Below, one piece after another: positions 1 to 8,599 of a stretch of DNA of 51,209 bases. Position numbers and translations under genes: made by a program. How positions within the stretch are numbered: position 1 is the stretch's first letter; each line of letters opens with the position of its first letter. The stretch comes from a virus (lineage: Duplodnaviria > Caudoviricetes). Below the pieces are notes generated by a model. That model was not told where the DNA came from, made no database searches, and saw nothing but the letters and a program-made list of their open reading frames with translations. The DNA is taken from positions 1 through 51,209 of the IMG/VR virus record IMGVR_UViG_3300027743_000035, one strand, 5' to 3'.

Positions 1-588
1 GCCACCAATGGTAAGGTTTTAATACAATACTGGCACGGCATAGCCAATCTGCCACCCGGCACAGTTATTCCTAAAGTGTTCGCCAAGACCATTGTAGGCA
101 TTAGGTATAAAATTACTGGTATTGGTGGCACCTTTGAACAATCTTTAAACCCAACAACTCAACAAATGGTTGGCTTCATGCGTAGCCTGACACTTTGGTT
201 TGAAAATGGCTCGTGGATTAAAACCCAATGCTTTGAAGATCGTTGGCAAGACTTTAGCCACTTGCTTGATGTTCCAACGGCTGCTAGGCCAGTGCCAGAA
301 GGTTTCTTTGAAGCCGTGGCGGCAGTTGAGCCTTTCTGTGAAGATACTAGCGCCGTTCACCTTGGGGTTGAAACGCTTATGTCGCACCTTAATGGTGAAG
401 ATGGCGCTGTATATGAGTGCAAGGGTGTTCAGTCTGGCAAGATATTTAATGCCAAGCTAATTCGCCAAGTTGAGCCTTACGTTACAACTCTTGACTTGAC
501 AACGCAACCTGATCGTGCTTTCTTCTTTGGCGGAACGATAGCCAATCCAATTCGCGGCGTCTTTATGGGAATGATCGGTAGCCAGTGA
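1..588 (+). CDS. Replicative sliding clamp (DNA pol III beta-like), C-terminal part; 5' end lies outside the left edge
   Basis: Frame 1 is open from base 1 (ATNGKVLIQYWHG...PKVFAKT...RGVFMGM). It lies directly upstream of the DNA polymerase, as in PA73/KL1-like phages, and appears to continue the ORF that runs off the right end at 50660-51209. Confidence 0.7.
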   Translation, partial: ATNGKVLIQYWHGIANLPPGTVIPKVFAKTIVGIRYKITGIGGTFEQSLNPTTQQMVGFMRSLTLWFENGSWIKTQCFEDRWQDFSHLLDVPTAARPVPEGFFEAVAAVEPFCEDTSAVHLGVETLMSHLNGEDGAVYECKGVQSGKIFNAKLIRQVEPYVTTLDLTTQPDRAFFFGGTIANPIRGVFMGMIGSQ

Positions 589-2606
589 AGTTTGACGAAA
601 GCACCCCGAAGCGAATTAAAGCGGCAATCAAGGCTGGTAAGATTGAAAGGCAGCAATTCAGCCGCCAGCCAATCCCGCCAGCCAAGAGCTATGAGTTGTT
701 CGGTTTTGATGAATTAAACTTTGGTGGCGACCGCACTTTAATCTTTGACGTTGAAAGCTATTTGAATTATTTTTGCGTCAGCTTTAAGTGCGTTGTCACC
801 GGCAAGATCGTTGTCTTTGAGGACAGTGAATATAGTAGTTACACTATTAATCTACTCCCTGTCACGCAAGAGCAATGGTGCCAGCAACTCATTTATATTA
901 TATATCGCTTCACCATTGTTGGGTTCAACAGCCGGGTATATGATTTACCAATGTGCTTAATCGCGGTGCAAGGCGTTCGCGCACCAATGCTGTGCCAGAT
1001 CACAGAAGAAATAATTGTTCACGATATGCCGCCACACGAAATTGAGCGCAAATATGTGGGCAGAATACCTAGGACTAATCACATTGATTTAATTGAAGTA
1101 ACCCCGCTTCAAGGTTCGCTGAAGTTATATGCAGCCAGATTGCATTGCCAACGTATTCAGGATTTACCTTTTCCTGAATTGTCAATATTAGAGTTTTGGC
1201 AGATTGAAATTGTGAGGGATTATAATATAAATGATCTAGATAACACTGAATTGCTGTGGCAGGATTTAAAGCAACAGATTGACTTGCGCGTTGAATTGGG
1301 TAAAGTATATAGTGTTGACCTAAGATCACGCTCCGACGCGCAGATTGCCGAAACTGTTATAGGCAACGAGCTAGAAAAGCTTGGCGTCAAAACTAAGGCA
1401 GCTTCATGGAAAGAGGGGGAAGCTTTTTATTATAAAGTCCCTGATTTTGTCAACTTCAAAGACCCTGCATTTCAACGAGTGCTAGAAGTTGTTAAAACAA
1501 CTCCTTTTGTCATTGGCCCTAGCGGCTATGCAGCCTGTCCTAAAGAGATAGAGAAGCTTAAGCCTAACCTGAATGGGCGCACCTATCGGCTCGGCGCTGG
1601 CGGGTTGCACAGTAGCGAAGAAAACGTCTGCCATGAAGCCGATGAAGATACGCTAATTATTGATCGTGATGTTAGCTCCTACTATCCTTACATAATTCTC
1701 AACCAAGGGTTATTTCCTAATCACCTTGGCGTAGCCTTTCTACAAGTCTTTAGGAACCTTGTCAACCGGCGAATTAATGCCAAGCGAGAAAAACAAACTG
1801 TTACGGCTGACAGCTTGAAGATAACAGTCAACGGTAGCTTTGGCAAGCTCGGCAACCCACACTCCAAGCTGTATTCGCCTGATTTGTTAATTCAAGTCAC
1901 AATGTCAGGCCAGCTATGCTTGCTTATGTTAATTGAAGCAATTGAGTTGGCCGGTATTCCGGTAGTGTCTGCTAACACTGACGGGGTTGTTATAAAATGC
2001 CCGAAGAACCGCTATGCTGACCTTGAAAATGTCATAATGACTTGGGAAGAAGCCACTGGCTTTATAACAGAAGAAACTCGCTACAAGGGTATATATTGCC
2101 GGGACGTTAACAATTATATAGCAATTAAAGAAAGCGGCGGTTGTAAGCTGAAAGGCGTTTATGGCGAAGTCGGCTCGGCCCTTAACTCCCCGCTTAGTAA
2201 GAACCCTGAAGCATATATAATATCAATGGCATTACAAGCGTTCCTAGAGGAAGGCACACCAATTGAAACTACAATTGAAATGCTTGGCATGAATGTTAAT
2301 ACTAAATACTACCCTACTCCATTAAGCCGCTTCCTGTTAGTCAGGAATGTTAGAGGCGGCGGTGAGAAAGATGGGGTTTATTTAGGTAAAGTCGTTCGTT
2401 GGTATTATGCAGAAGGTGAGAAGGGTTGTATTAATTCTATATTAAGTGGCAATAAGGTGGCTAACTCCGATAACGGTAAGCCATGTATGATTTTGCCAGA
2501 TGATTTCCCACATGATATTGACTTGGCTCGGTATGTGCGGGAAGCATACGATGAATTATATAAAATAGGCGTCTTAAAGAAACTGGCTACGGGGTCACTA
2601 TTATGA
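585..2606 (+). CDS. DNA polymerase, family B-type, with 3'-5' exonuclease domain
   Basis: ExoI FDVES, ExoII GFNSRVYD, ExoIII YNIND; polymerase motifs DVSSYYP, KITVNGSFGK and NTDG. Confidence 0.92.
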   Translation: MKFDESTPKRIKAAIKAGKIERQQFSRQPIPPAKSYELFGFDELNFGGDRTLIFDVESYLNYFCVSFKCVVTGKIVVFEDSEYSSYTINLLPVTQEQWCQQLIYIIYRFTIVGFNSRVYDLPMCLIAVQGVRAPMLCQITEEIIVHDMPPHEIERKYVGRIPRTNHIDLIEVTPLQGSLKLYAARLHCQRIQDLPFPELSILEFWQIEIVRDYNINDLDNTELLWQDLKQQIDLRVELGKVYSVDLRSRSDAQIAETVIGNELEKLGVKTKAASWKEGEAFYYKVPDFVNFKDPAFQRVLEVVKTTPFVIGPSGYAACPKEIEKLKPNLNGRTYRLGAGGLHSSEENVCHEADEDTLIIDRDVSSYYPYIILNQGLFPNHLGVAFLQVFRNLVNRRINAKREKQTVTADSLKITVNGSFGKLGNPHSKLYSPDLLIQVTMSGQLCLLMLIEAIELAGIPVVSANTDGVVIKCPKNRYADLENVIMTWEEATGFITEETRYKGIYCRDVNNYIAIKESGGCKLKGVYGEVGSALNSPLSKNPEAYIISMALQAFLEEGTPIETTIEMLGMNVNTKYYPTPLSRFLLVRNVRGGGEKDGVYLGKVVRWYYAEGEKGCINSILSGNKVANSDNGKPCMILPDDFPHDIDLARYVREAYDELYKIGVLKKLATGSLL

Positions 2607-2878
2607 GTGAGCATATTGGTAAAGTATATTATTATAATTGCCGGTTGAATGGCGACACAGCTTTGTTAGCTGGCCCATTTGAAAGTGCTGAATTAGCTGA
2701 AAAATGTGGCGAGTATGTCGGCCCTACTACTGTTGATGAACACCCTGAAGCTCGTAAGGCTACGTTTGGCGTAGTTGAAATGAATAAGCCCGGTGCTGGC
2801 GCTGGCTTTTATAATTACTTATTACCTAATGAGTTGATCGGCTTCATCCTGATTGACACAGAGGCGAAACCGCACTGA
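2603..2878 (+). CDS. Hypothetical protein
   Basis: 91-aa ORF whose ATG overlaps the polymerase stop (ATGA). Confidence 0.7.
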   Translation: MSEHIGKVYYYNCRLNGDTALLAGPFESAELAEKCGEYVGPTTVDEHPEARKATFGVVEMNKPGAGAGFYNYLLPNELIGFILIDTEAKPH

Positions 2879-3078
2879 AATCTCGCCGCTAGGCCGGTTT
2901 TCCGCCCCGTCAGGCCGCGCTCGCCCCTGTCGGCGGCACTACCCTACGCTGAAGGCGCTTCTACGCGCCCCACACCTGATCGTATATGAGCCAGCCAACC
3001 ACAGCCAGCCATACAATTACCAATAATCCCATTAAAAGCCGGATTAAACATGGGGCAGGTTTATCATATTCGTCAAAA

Positions 3079-3645
3079 TCATCCTTCACTTCTGGCTTCC
3101 CCTAAAGGTGGCGGCGCAGTTACACTCTCGCCAGTTTCTATAAATACTTGGGGAGCGTCAGAGTTAGCAGTAAGTGGTTCACTCACTTCAACTTTAGCAA
3201 AGGTGAATTTATCAACCTTAAGTGTTTTCTTACTTTTAAATGCTTCGCCAAGGGCATTGATCTTTTTAACCGCTTCAATGCGCCCTTCGCCAATATGAAT
3301 ACGCTCTGCAATTATTTTCATAACCCTTATGATAGGGTCAAAGTCAGGCTCGTTCATTTCTACTTCTGTAAAAGTATGCAAATGAGGCGACATAATAATT
3401 GGCTTGCCATCTTCAAGCAAGGTTTTACCTTCAGCATTTACAATAGAAACAGTAACCGATACTGCAAGCTGCGTAGGAGCCGCTTCAACATCGCCATCAA
3501 TCATAGGCGCGAAAGCTGGCATAACATTAATCTTTGCTTTCCACAAATGGCCGGTTACATTATTCTTAAAAAATTGATAGCCGCCTTCGCTATAGTCAGA
3601 AGGAGCCGCCATAACCTCAATTTCAGTCTTTCGTTCGTCTGCCAT
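3079..3645 (-). CDS. Hypothetical protein, last gene of the tail operon
   Basis: 188-aa ORF starting 7 nt after the tail-tip stop, with an AGGTG RBS. Confidence 0.7.
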   Translation of the reverse strand: MADERKTEIEVMAAPSDYSEGGYQFFKNNVTGHLWKAKINVMPAFAPMIDGDVEAAPTQLAVSVTVSIVNAEGKTLLEDGKPIIMSPHLHTFTEVEMNEPDFDPIIRVMKIIAERIHIGEGRIEAVKKINALGEAFKSKKTLKVDKFTFAKVEVSEPLTANSDAPQVFIETGESVTAPPPLGEARSEG

Positions 3646-3652
3646 GTTTCAC

Positions 3653-6325
3653 CTATGGTTTAGGAGTTGTGCCACCGTAAGGGTTATGAGTATAAATAAA
3701 GCGACCTTCTTCTAAGCCAGCCCCATAAGTTTGACAATGGCATGAAATGTGGGCAACTAATCTAACACCCATATCTTCTACTTTAATTATTTCTTCCCAT
3801 CGGAAACCATCTTTATCTCGCACTGGCAATTTAAGGCCAAGTGCTTCTGGCGCTTTTTTACTAGACCTATCATCTAATGTCAAGGGCGTTGTAACAGAAC
3901 ATATTAATTCAATGCCGCTTTCACTAGTTAGCTTAACACATTTAGAGTGAGCAATTTTATTATTATTCACATCTATATATGTCAAGCCATCTAAACTGTC
4001 ATTTAGAATTTCAATTTGGGAGCCAATCATAACTTGATTAGCTCTAATACCGTTAGGCATAAAACTATTAACGTCAACACAATCGTCAACATAGCCACCG
4101 CCGCCACCGCCAGCGCCACTATCACCGCCAGAGCCAGCAGAGTTAGGCGAAGTGCCAGACGCCACAAAGTAACGATCAGTCCTTAGCAAATCATCGGGGT
4201 TTGTAGTATAAACATAAGGAACAGAGCCAACACTATCGCCATCTAAGCCGGGGTCGTCAACATATACAATCCAATAAGTAGAAAATGGCACAACAACACT
4301 ACCAGCGTTCCAACTAAGAGTAAGTAAAGTGCCACCTGCACCAGCGACTTTACGAACGTGAGCCGGAATATTTACAGTAACATTTGAAGCGCCCACAGTA
4401 TATGTAGGAGTTAAATTAGTTGAGTTTGAAATATTAACAATCTTTTGAGTGTTGTAAAATGTCGGGTCAGCAACACGGCCAGTAGTAGGACTAATTTTAG
4501 ATAATACAGTGGCGTTTGCTGTAACAGCGTTACCCAATATACCAGCCGTAAGACTTACCGCAACCCAATCACCGGGAACATTCTCACGGCTAACGTGCCG
4601 AGCTTCAATGTTATAAGCTGCACCTTTAAGTATGTCAACAATAATAACGCCATTCTGTGACGCAATTCTAGGCACTGGCGCAAAGTAAGTCCAAAGACTT
4701 GCAGTAGTTAGTTTGTGACGAACCTCTGTATGTTTAACGCGCACTGGCGGGTCTGTCCATGTAACCGACATTGCATCTTTAATCGCGGCTGGCGAGCCAA
4801 CACTAATACTAATGTTAGTTACAGTAAAGTTATTGACAGGATATTTAGTTAGGTTGTCGCGCTTAACACCAGTGCCAGTAGTAAAGGCATTAGCAACTGT
4901 GCCAGCGCCCCAAATAGAAGCATGAATTTCTTTAAGCAACATTGAAACGCCACCATAAGGGTCAATTTCATGCCGCCAAACTCTAAACAATTTAACCCAA
5001 CCAAACCTGTCGCTAGTATAGCGCACAACCGAGTAGGCTTGAGCTTGCATAGCCTTCATTTTCCATGAAGCTGTAAACTCGCCCTGATATTGGCCGGAAT
5101 TTAATTTAAGTCTAGCTAGACGTTGTGCCAGCACATGACTTAATACTTGTGGAAAATCCTGAGTGCGCCTAGATTTAAAGCCAAGGTTTGCTTCATAAAC
5201 ACTATCGCGCACAGCCGGATAAGCGAACGGCTGATATAATGTATTGACTGAAGGATTAATAAATTTACCAATTACTGAATTAAACTGCTCGCTCATTCCT
5301 TTCCATTCCAGCCAGCGAACAGTGCTATCTTCAGTTACATCATCGTCAGTTAATTCAACAGCAATTTGTGCCGTATCATCAACATTTGCATAATAACTCC
5401 ACAATCCACCGGGGTCTAGCAACCGGCCAATCAAACCATCGCAAGTAATTTTATCTTCATTACTTGTGTGTTCATCATCTGTTGACAACAACAAGTCAGT
5501 ATAGTAGCCAGCTACTTCACAAGCATTGGCACCAGCGATGAAAGTATTAAAGTTAATATCTTCAGGCGAAATACCCCGCCCACACATTAGCATCCATTCG
5601 CCAGTTTGGACATTTTGAACGCGCCAGCCAAGTAAATACCAAAGCGCCTGTAGTGCATTGTTACGGCCTATAGGCTGGCTATTGCCATCAAGTGTTGCAT
5701 AAGCCCATGTTGTCTGATCGTCGGCCCTGTGAGTGCCAGAGCCGCCCCTAGTGCTATCTCTACGCGGGTCATATACTAAAGCGCCTTCGCATACTTGGGT
5801 ATAGCGGCTAGGAACGCCATCGGGTAACTTTTCTTCATCAACTAACCAAGCATACTTTACATGAGCAACGCCAGTAAAAACGCTTGTGCTAGTCCAAAGT
5901 GTTCCACCGCCAGCACTTAATGCAGTATCACCCGGCACACCTAGTTTAGTTGTGCGAGAAAGTAAACCCACATATTTAGTTTGAACAGCGCCCGCCGCAC
6001 TTATAGCCAAGTCAGTTTCAATATAAAGCTCCTGAAAGCTTTGTATTCTGTGACCAGCTACAGCAAGCACTTCATCGAAATTAGTTTGAGCCGTTCCCCA
6101 TACTTCCCAAAAGCGAACGTCAAGAGGCGCAGCTATTTTACCAAACATTATCTTTCGTGCAGTTTCAGGGTCAAGGCTCTTATTTAAATTATTTACATTC
6201 TTAGAAGGTGGCGCTGCCTTCTTACCACCAAATCCAAAGACACCGCCGACAATTTTAGTGACAAAGCCGACAACGCCTTTGACAACCTTAACGGCTGCTT
6301 TAAATATTTTCTTTACGAAACCCAT
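3653..6325 (-). CDS. Tail tip / host-specificity protein (J-like) with a C-terminal Hint (intein-like) domain
   Basis: Last large tail gene; has YDPR and NNALQALWYL segments typical of J-like tips, an FN3-like region and a Gly linker, then C...THN. Confidence 0.85.
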   Translation of the reverse strand: MGFVKKIFKAAVKVVKGVVGFVTKIVGGVFGFGGKKAAPPSKNVNNLNKSLDPETARKIMFGKIAAPLDVRFWEVWGTAQTNFDEVLAVAGHRIQSFQELYIETDLAISAAGAVQTKYVGLLSRTTKLGVPGDTALSAGGGTLWTSTSVFTGVAHVKYAWLVDEEKLPDGVPSRYTQVCEGALVYDPRRDSTRGGSGTHRADDQTTWAYATLDGNSQPIGRNNALQALWYLLGWRVQNVQTGEWMLMCGRGISPEDINFNTFIAGANACEVAGYYTDLLLSTDDEHTSNEDKITCDGLIGRLLDPGGLWSYYANVDDTAQIAVELTDDDVTEDSTVRWLEWKGMSEQFNSVIGKFINPSVNTLYQPFAYPAVRDSVYEANLGFKSRRTQDFPQVLSHVLAQRLARLKLNSGQYQGEFTASWKMKAMQAQAYSVVRYTSDRFGWVKLFRVWRHEIDPYGGVSMLLKEIHASIWGAGTVANAFTTGTGVKRDNLTKYPVNNFTVTNISISVGSPAAIKDAMSVTWTDPPVRVKHTEVRHKLTTASLWTYFAPVPRIASQNGVIIVDILKGAAYNIEARHVSRENVPGDWVAVSLTAGILGNAVTANATVLSKISPTTGRVADPTFYNTQKIVNISNSTNLTPTYTVGASNVTVNIPAHVRKVAGAGGTLLTLSWNAGSVVVPFSTYWIVYVDDPGLDGDSVGSVPYVYTTNPDDLLRTDRYFVASGTSPNSAGSGGDSGAGGGGGGYVDDCVDVNSFMPNGIRANQVMIGSQIEILNDSLDGLTYIDVNNNKIAHSKCVKLTSESGIELICSVTTPLTLDDRSSKKAPEALGLKLPVRDKDGFRWEEIIKVEDMGVRLVAHISCHCQTYGAGLEEGRFIYTHNPYGGTTPKP

Positions 6326-6774
6326 AGCGCACTATCCAATTCGATTGTGGGCGCTTCAACTAATCCAGTTTCGCCAAGAAATAAACTATTCATACCATTT
6401 GCATAACAAATGCCGGGAGTTGGGCCAAATATTCTAAGCTCTTGTTGAATATGAAAACCATATATACTTTCATTTAAAAATACAATGTCACCCGGTCTGG
6501 CAAAGGCAATAGGTTGTAGCTCGCCACCAAGCTTTTTAATTAAAACCTCTTGCACTGTTTCACAACCGTCAACTTCTTTTAGCGCCTTTTTGCCCATTAA
6601 AAGAGTTTCGCTTTTGCCAGCATAGTCGGCCATGAAGTCAATATCAATAACAGCTTCAATACCTTTGAACGCCCAAAATAAACAATTAAGGGTTTCAAAG
6701 TCAAATGGTTGCTCACGATGTTCTCTTACAACATCGCTTAATCTTTGTTGCCAATTAACGTGCCGCCGCGTCAT
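6313..6774 (-). CDS. NlpC/P60-like tail-associated protein
   Basis: PFDFETLNCLFW...ARPGDIV pattern; lies between the hub and tip genes. Confidence 0.65.
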   Translation of the reverse strand: MTRRHVNWQQRLSDVVREHREQPFDFETLNCLFWAFKGIEAVIDIDFMADYAGKSETLLMGKKALKEVDGCETVQEVLIKKLGGELQPIAFARPGDIVFLNESIYGFHIQQELRIFGPTPGICYANGMNSLFLGETGLVEAPTIELDSALWVS

Positions 6775-7964
6775 TCAATATATGTCCTATATCCATAGCC
6801 ACCGCCAGACCCGCCGCCAGTAAAAGCAGCACCACCACCGCCGCCAGTTTCACCGGGTATTGGTGAAGTATTGCCAACAACAATTGCTTGATTAAGTTCA
6901 GCCGTAGTAGATTTTCCAATAATAGCCGACATATTAGCTAATTGATAAATATACTTCTGGCTAGTATCATTGGCATTAATATCAATTTGTTCACTGTAGC
7001 GAGTGTTTAATGGTTCATCGGCAGAAGATTGTTGACCTTCAATTACACACTTAATTGTGCCGCCTTCATTATTTTCTTCAAATGGCATACTATCTATACG
7101 CCCGGTTTTTATTCTAAATGGTTGTCCGGCAACCAAGAATGTAACAGGGTCTAATAGCATTAACCAAACAATAGCTCGGCGGAATTGCCAACGGTCACGA
7201 TCACGAATGACCTGTTGCATCATTGTATCATTTAAATCAACACCGGGAAAGGTAATTTCTAAACCGTCTGACCCGCCCACACCTTCAGACACAGTATTAA
7301 TTTCAAGAATATCTCCAAGGCCGCTAAATGTTTTACCATCTAAACTAGGGTCGCCAGTAGAAGGGAAGCCTGTCACTTCTTTAATTGAAATATTATCCCA
7401 ACGTGAAGTAGCATCTGGCCCACCTGTGTAAATGCGAAGTTGCTGATAGCCATTATTTATGGCAACAAATGTAAAGGAAAAGTTGACAGGGGCAGTTGGC
7501 ACAGTAGTTTGAGCAAACTGATTTTGCATAGAACTATCTGAATGATTATCATAAATACCACACAATAAACCCCAATTTGTAACATTTCCTGAAACAAGAG
7601 TGCCAGTAACCTTATAAGTTTTTCCTTCAGTTAAGCCACTAAGTATCCAAACTATACGTTCATAATAATATGGTGGCGGTTGACTAACGAGCAATAACTG
7701 ACCAGCATTACTAGAGGCGGCTAAACCAGCACTAATAATATCTGCCGATGTAACATCACTAGCAACATCAAAGTTACCAAGATAATTACCGCCTTTATTA
7801 AACATTTCAGGGCCAAGAGCATTGCCATCGCCAAAAATTAAATTTCCATGACCTGTCCATGCGTATAAAGGGTCGCCCTGAATATCTAATGAAACTATAG
7901 CAGCCATCGGAATAATAATCTTATTCGCGGCTTTTACAGTCATAGGGTCAAGGGGTCTAGTCAT
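6771..7964 (-). CDS. Tail hub/baseplate protein with an inserted carbohydrate-binding-like domain
   Basis: LYAWTGHGNL...FSGLGDIL...GRIDSM...RYSEQ core typical of siphovirus tail-tip hub proteins; position after the distal tail gene. Confidence 0.65.
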   Translation of the reverse strand: MTRPLDPMTVKAANKIIIPMAAIVSLDIQGDPLYAWTGHGNLIFGDGNALGPEMFNKGGNYLGNFDVASDVTSADIISAGLAASSNAGQLLLVSQPPPYYYERIVWILSGLTEGKTYKVTGTLVSGNVTNWGLLCGIYDNHSDSSMQNQFAQTTVPTAPVNFSFTFVAINNGYQQLRIYTGGPDATSRWDNISIKEVTGFPSTGDPSLDGKTFSGLGDILEINTVSEGVGGSDGLEITFPGVDLNDTMMQQVIRDRDRWQFRRAIVWLMLLDPVTFLVAGQPFRIKTGRIDSMPFEENNEGGTIKCVIEGQQSSADEPLNTRYSEQIDINANDTSQKYIYQLANMSAIIGKSTTAELNQAIVVGNTSPIPGETGGGGGAAFTGGGSGGGYGYRTYIE

Positions 7965-8599
7965 TAGAAGCTTTCTAAGGCTTTTAATTCAAAGTTATGA
8001 ATAACTGGCGCTTGTAAACCCCAAGTGCTAACTTCATCATCAACTGCCGACATAGGACAAGTTGGCGTTTTTAAATTCATTATAGTGCCATGTGGGTAGC
8101 CTTGCCTCAGTGGCGGCTCAAAATAAATCGTTGAAACATCGCTACCATTAGAAAGACAATCTTGAGTTACTATTTTTAATTCATTACCAATTCTAAAATA
8201 ATCACCACGCTTTGCAAAAACTGCCCCAACAGATAAATCTACTGTAGTTGTCCAAGATATTCTAATGCTAGCTTGCCTACCACGAATAGGAGCGCCACCA
8301 TCCCCATAAGTTTGAAATGTGCAATTTTGTTGATTTAAACTTTTTGGCACATATCCCGGCACTGGCAAGTCAAATATATTGGCTTGGCCTTCTAATTGTA
8401 TTAAAAATGCACGAATGTCATTGGCTTCAGGTTCGGGGTAGTTAACAAGTGTTCCGCTGAAACTCCAAAGCGCATATGGTAAAGTAATAGTTTGACGCGA
8501 GCCAGTAAAGCGTGAACGCACTGTTCTACCAGCGCGAATAATGCCCCACTGATCTACGCGAGTAAAGCCAAAATAGGCTGGAATGGGAATAACAGCCAT
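7964..8599 (-). CDS. Distal tail protein (Dit-like)
   Basis: Immediately downstream of the tape measure; SRFTGSRQT...AFLIQLEG...GDYFRIG...FEPPLR. Confidence 0.7.
   Translation of the reverse strand: MAVIPIPAYFGFTRVDQWGIIRAGRTVRSRFTGSRQTITLPYALWSFSGTLVNYPEPEANDIRAFLIQLEGQANIFDLPVPGYVPKSLNQQNCTFQTYGDGGAPIRGRQASIRISWTTTVDLSVGAVFAKRGDYFRIGNELKIVTQDCLSNGSDVSTIYFEPPLRQGYPHGTIMNLKTPTCPMSAVDDEVSTWGLQAPVIHNFELKALESF

Noticed and set aside
3148-3663. Antisense or alternative-frame ORFs of 60-190 aa over structural genes (also 12514-12993, 20391-20957, 32312-32779, 34752-35189)
   Set aside because: They lie opposite well-supported genes and lack an RBS or recognisable motifs.
3683-4081. Canonical splicing intein or homing element
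   Set aside because: No endonuclease domain, the +1 residue is Pro, and the C-extein is only 9 aa; kept as a Hint cleavage domain instead.
3653-6325. Diversity-generating retroelement or invertible tail-fibre cassette
   Set aside because: No reverse transcriptase or invertase gene, and no template/variable repeat pair was seen.
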